Assembly: GCA_011390955.1 (NCBI GenBank)
Contig: JAABRM010000001.1
Span: 174,694-238,693 of the forward strand
Direction: 5' to 3'
DNA length: 64,000 nt
Source of the DNA: Oscillatoriales cyanobacterium
GTDB lineage: Bacteria; Cyanobacteriota; Cyanobacteriia; Cyanobacteriales; Laspinemataceae
Shown: positions 62,775 to 64,000 of the stretch, piece by piece
How positions within the stretch are numbered: the first letter of the stretch is position 1
How the letters are laid out: the number at the start of each line of letters is the position of its first letter
Translations under genes and position numbers: made by a program
The notes under the pieces: model-generated
What the model saw: the letters and a program-made list of their open reading frames with translations, nothing else
Told to the model about the DNA's origin: nothing
Database searches by the model: none

Positions 62775-63152
62775 TTATTTACCTACAGTTACAGCAATTT
62801 TATCTAACTGTAAACATTCAAGATTAAATTGTTCAAACAACTCAAAAAATAAATCAAAAGCTAACTTTTCATCTTCTACTTGAGACAAAATAATACTTTC
62901 CCAACCTTCAGAAGAATTAATTTGATATTTCCTTTGTATCCATTGTTGAAACTGAGCAAATTGTTTTTCTTCTTGTGTTAATTGTAAACCTAATTCACCC
63001 CTTGACATACCGTAACCCATTAATAACATTTTTAAACGGGTTAAAGACACTTTTCCTAGATACATTCCCGGACGTTGTTTAATTCTTGCTAATAAATTAT
63101 AGAGATATTCCTGACTATTTTTATTACCGTTAGTTGTGTTTAAATCTAACAT
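62775..63152 (-). CDS. Hypothetical protein (125 aa), candidate immunity-type partner of the upstream gene
   Basis: No recognisable motif. Arranged 20 nt downstream of 63172..63552 on the same strand. The call rests on position only. Confidence 0.35.
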   Translation of the reverse strand: MLDLNTTNGNKNSQEYLYNLLARIKQRPGMYLGKVSLTRLKMLLMGYGMSRGELGLQLTQEEKQFAQFQQWIQRKYQINSSEGWESIILSQVEDEKLAFDLFFELFEQFNLECLQLDKIAVTVGK

Positions 63153-63171
63153 AATTTACTCCTGAGTGTGA

Positions 63172-63552
63172 TTAAAAATTTTCCTCAATAATTACTAATT
63201 CTTGTCCTAAATGAATTTTACCAAAAAATTGAAAATTAGCCAACCATTCTCCTTTAGATATTCCTTGAGGATGATGATTGTCAAACACAATTTCAACACC
63301 ATCTATTATAAGAATAACACCTTCATGGTATCCTGTTTCGGAAATAGCATCACCTCCAATACTATCATCATAGAGAAAACAATTACGATAATCTAAATCT
63401 GCTTGAGTATTGATTTTAATTAATTTACCTTTAATCCCCGCCAGTAGTAAATAATTTTTGATAGCTGAAGCACATTGAATACATTGTAAATTAGGATAAC
63501 TATTAGCTATTTTTGCTAAATCTTTTCTTTGTTTTGCTGTTAAATATTGCAT
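63172..63552 (-). CDS. Hypothetical protein (126 aa) with a Cys...His...Asp/Asn arrangement suggestive of a papain-like (toxin-type) fold
   Basis: NLQCIQCASAIKNYL ... GYHEGVILIIDGVEIVFDNHHPQG. The order and spacing are compatible with a Cys-His-Asp triad. Weak, motif-level only. Confidence 0.3.
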   Translation of the reverse strand: MQYLTAKQRKDLAKIANSYPNLQCIQCASAIKNYLLLAGIKGKLIKINTQADLDYRNCFLYDDSIGGDAISETGYHEGVILIIDGVEIVFDNHHPQGISKGEWLANFQFFGKIHLGQELVIIEENF

Positions 63553-63587
63553 GAAAATATATTTTCATTTAATTTAACTATTAAATT

Positions 63588-63992
63588 TTATAACTCTGAC
63601 CAAGTCTCTAAATTCAAACCCTCAACTCTGGCTAAGTCAGTATCATTAGAAACCACAATTAAATCTTTGACTATCGCAGTAGCCGCAATTAAAATATCCT
63701 CAGTTTGAATCGGTAAACCTCTTAATCTCAGATTAGCATGAACTTCGGCGGCTTTTTCTAATATTGCCAAATCATCTAAAAGAATAATCGGATATCTTTG
63801 AGAAAAATCCTCAAATCTTGCTCTTTGTTTTGGCGCATCAACCGCTAAAAACCCTCTCCTTATTTCAAAATAAGTAATACAGCTAATAAATATAGCTTTT
63901 TTTTGATCCTTAATATCTTTAATTTTTTCAAGAATTTGGCGATTTCCCTTAATAGCAAAAGAAACGATATTGGTATCTAATAAATAACTCAT
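63588..63992 (-). CDS. vapC: Type II toxin-antitoxin PIN-domain toxin (VapC family)
   Basis: LLDTNIVS N-terminal acidic site, plus ...ILLDD...VVSNDTDL downstream acidic residues typical of PIN. The cognate antitoxin would lie beyond the window end. Confidence 0.8.
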   Translation of the reverse strand: MSYLLDTNIVSFAIKGNRQILEKIKDIKDQKKAIFISCITYFEIRRGFLAVDAPKQRARFEDFSQRYPIILLDDLAILEKAAEVHANLRLRGLPIQTEDILIAATAIVKDLIVVSNDTDLARVEGLNLETWSEL

Positions 63993-64000
63993 ATATCTCC

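Overview
This is a 64-kb chromosomal segment from a cyanobacterium. The HIP1 octamer GCGATCGC recurs dozens of times in both genes and spacers. Several genes are typical of filamentous cyanobacteria: Ser/Thr kinases (one with pentapeptide repeats), HetP-like, DUF1830, Uma2 and DevB/HlyD-like proteins. I found no rRNA, tRNA or CRISPR array. About 40 CDS can be supported.

Housekeeping genes: class-I DAHP synthase, SelO, RecQ, an AMP-dependent acyl-ACP/CoA synthetase, an RpoD/SigA-type sigma factor behind a ~2-kb non-coding leader, a bifunctional NDP-sugar pyrophosphorylase/phosphohexomutase, SSB, LipB, HPF, PrxQ/Bcp, a CPC-type heavy-metal P-type ATPase, MoaA, ribosomal protein S4, a GH116 (GBA2-like) glycosidase and a MOT1-like transporter.

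Signalling genes: four Hanks-type kinases. One is an 1833-aa STK-AAA-GAF-histidine-kinase hybrid. Two are tandem membrane-anchored paralogs.

Accessory content:
- A truncated Type-ISP-like RM enzyme C-terminus at the window start.
- A defence island at about 15.5-23.6 kb. It holds a tightly coupled three-gene minus-strand operon: a HEPN-like protein, a KGGVGR deviant-Walker-A ParA-like ATPase and a second P-loop NTPase. I cannot assign this operon to any described system.
- Divergent from that operon, a DUF262 / HEPN(Rx4H) / beta-class MTase::Mrr-like module.
- An AT-rich island at 60.7-64 kb with a HTH-STAND NTPase, a Gly/Ala-rich 70-aa peptide, a putative papain-like/immunity-like pair and a VapC toxin.

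Repeat families:
- A ~129-bp MITE with TAAGTAGGTG inverted termini (3 copies, two flanking one kinase paralog).
- A GTAGGGGC...GCCCCTAC hairpin family, often between convergent genes.
- (CAACAA)n/(TTGTTG)n palindromic blocks.
- C6-W7-G6 hairpins, one expanded as an in-frame 36-bp tandem repeat inside a kinase gene.
- A 108-bp x4 tandem array flanked by 83-bp direct repeats.
- A 10-bp x18 microsatellite in a divergent promoter.
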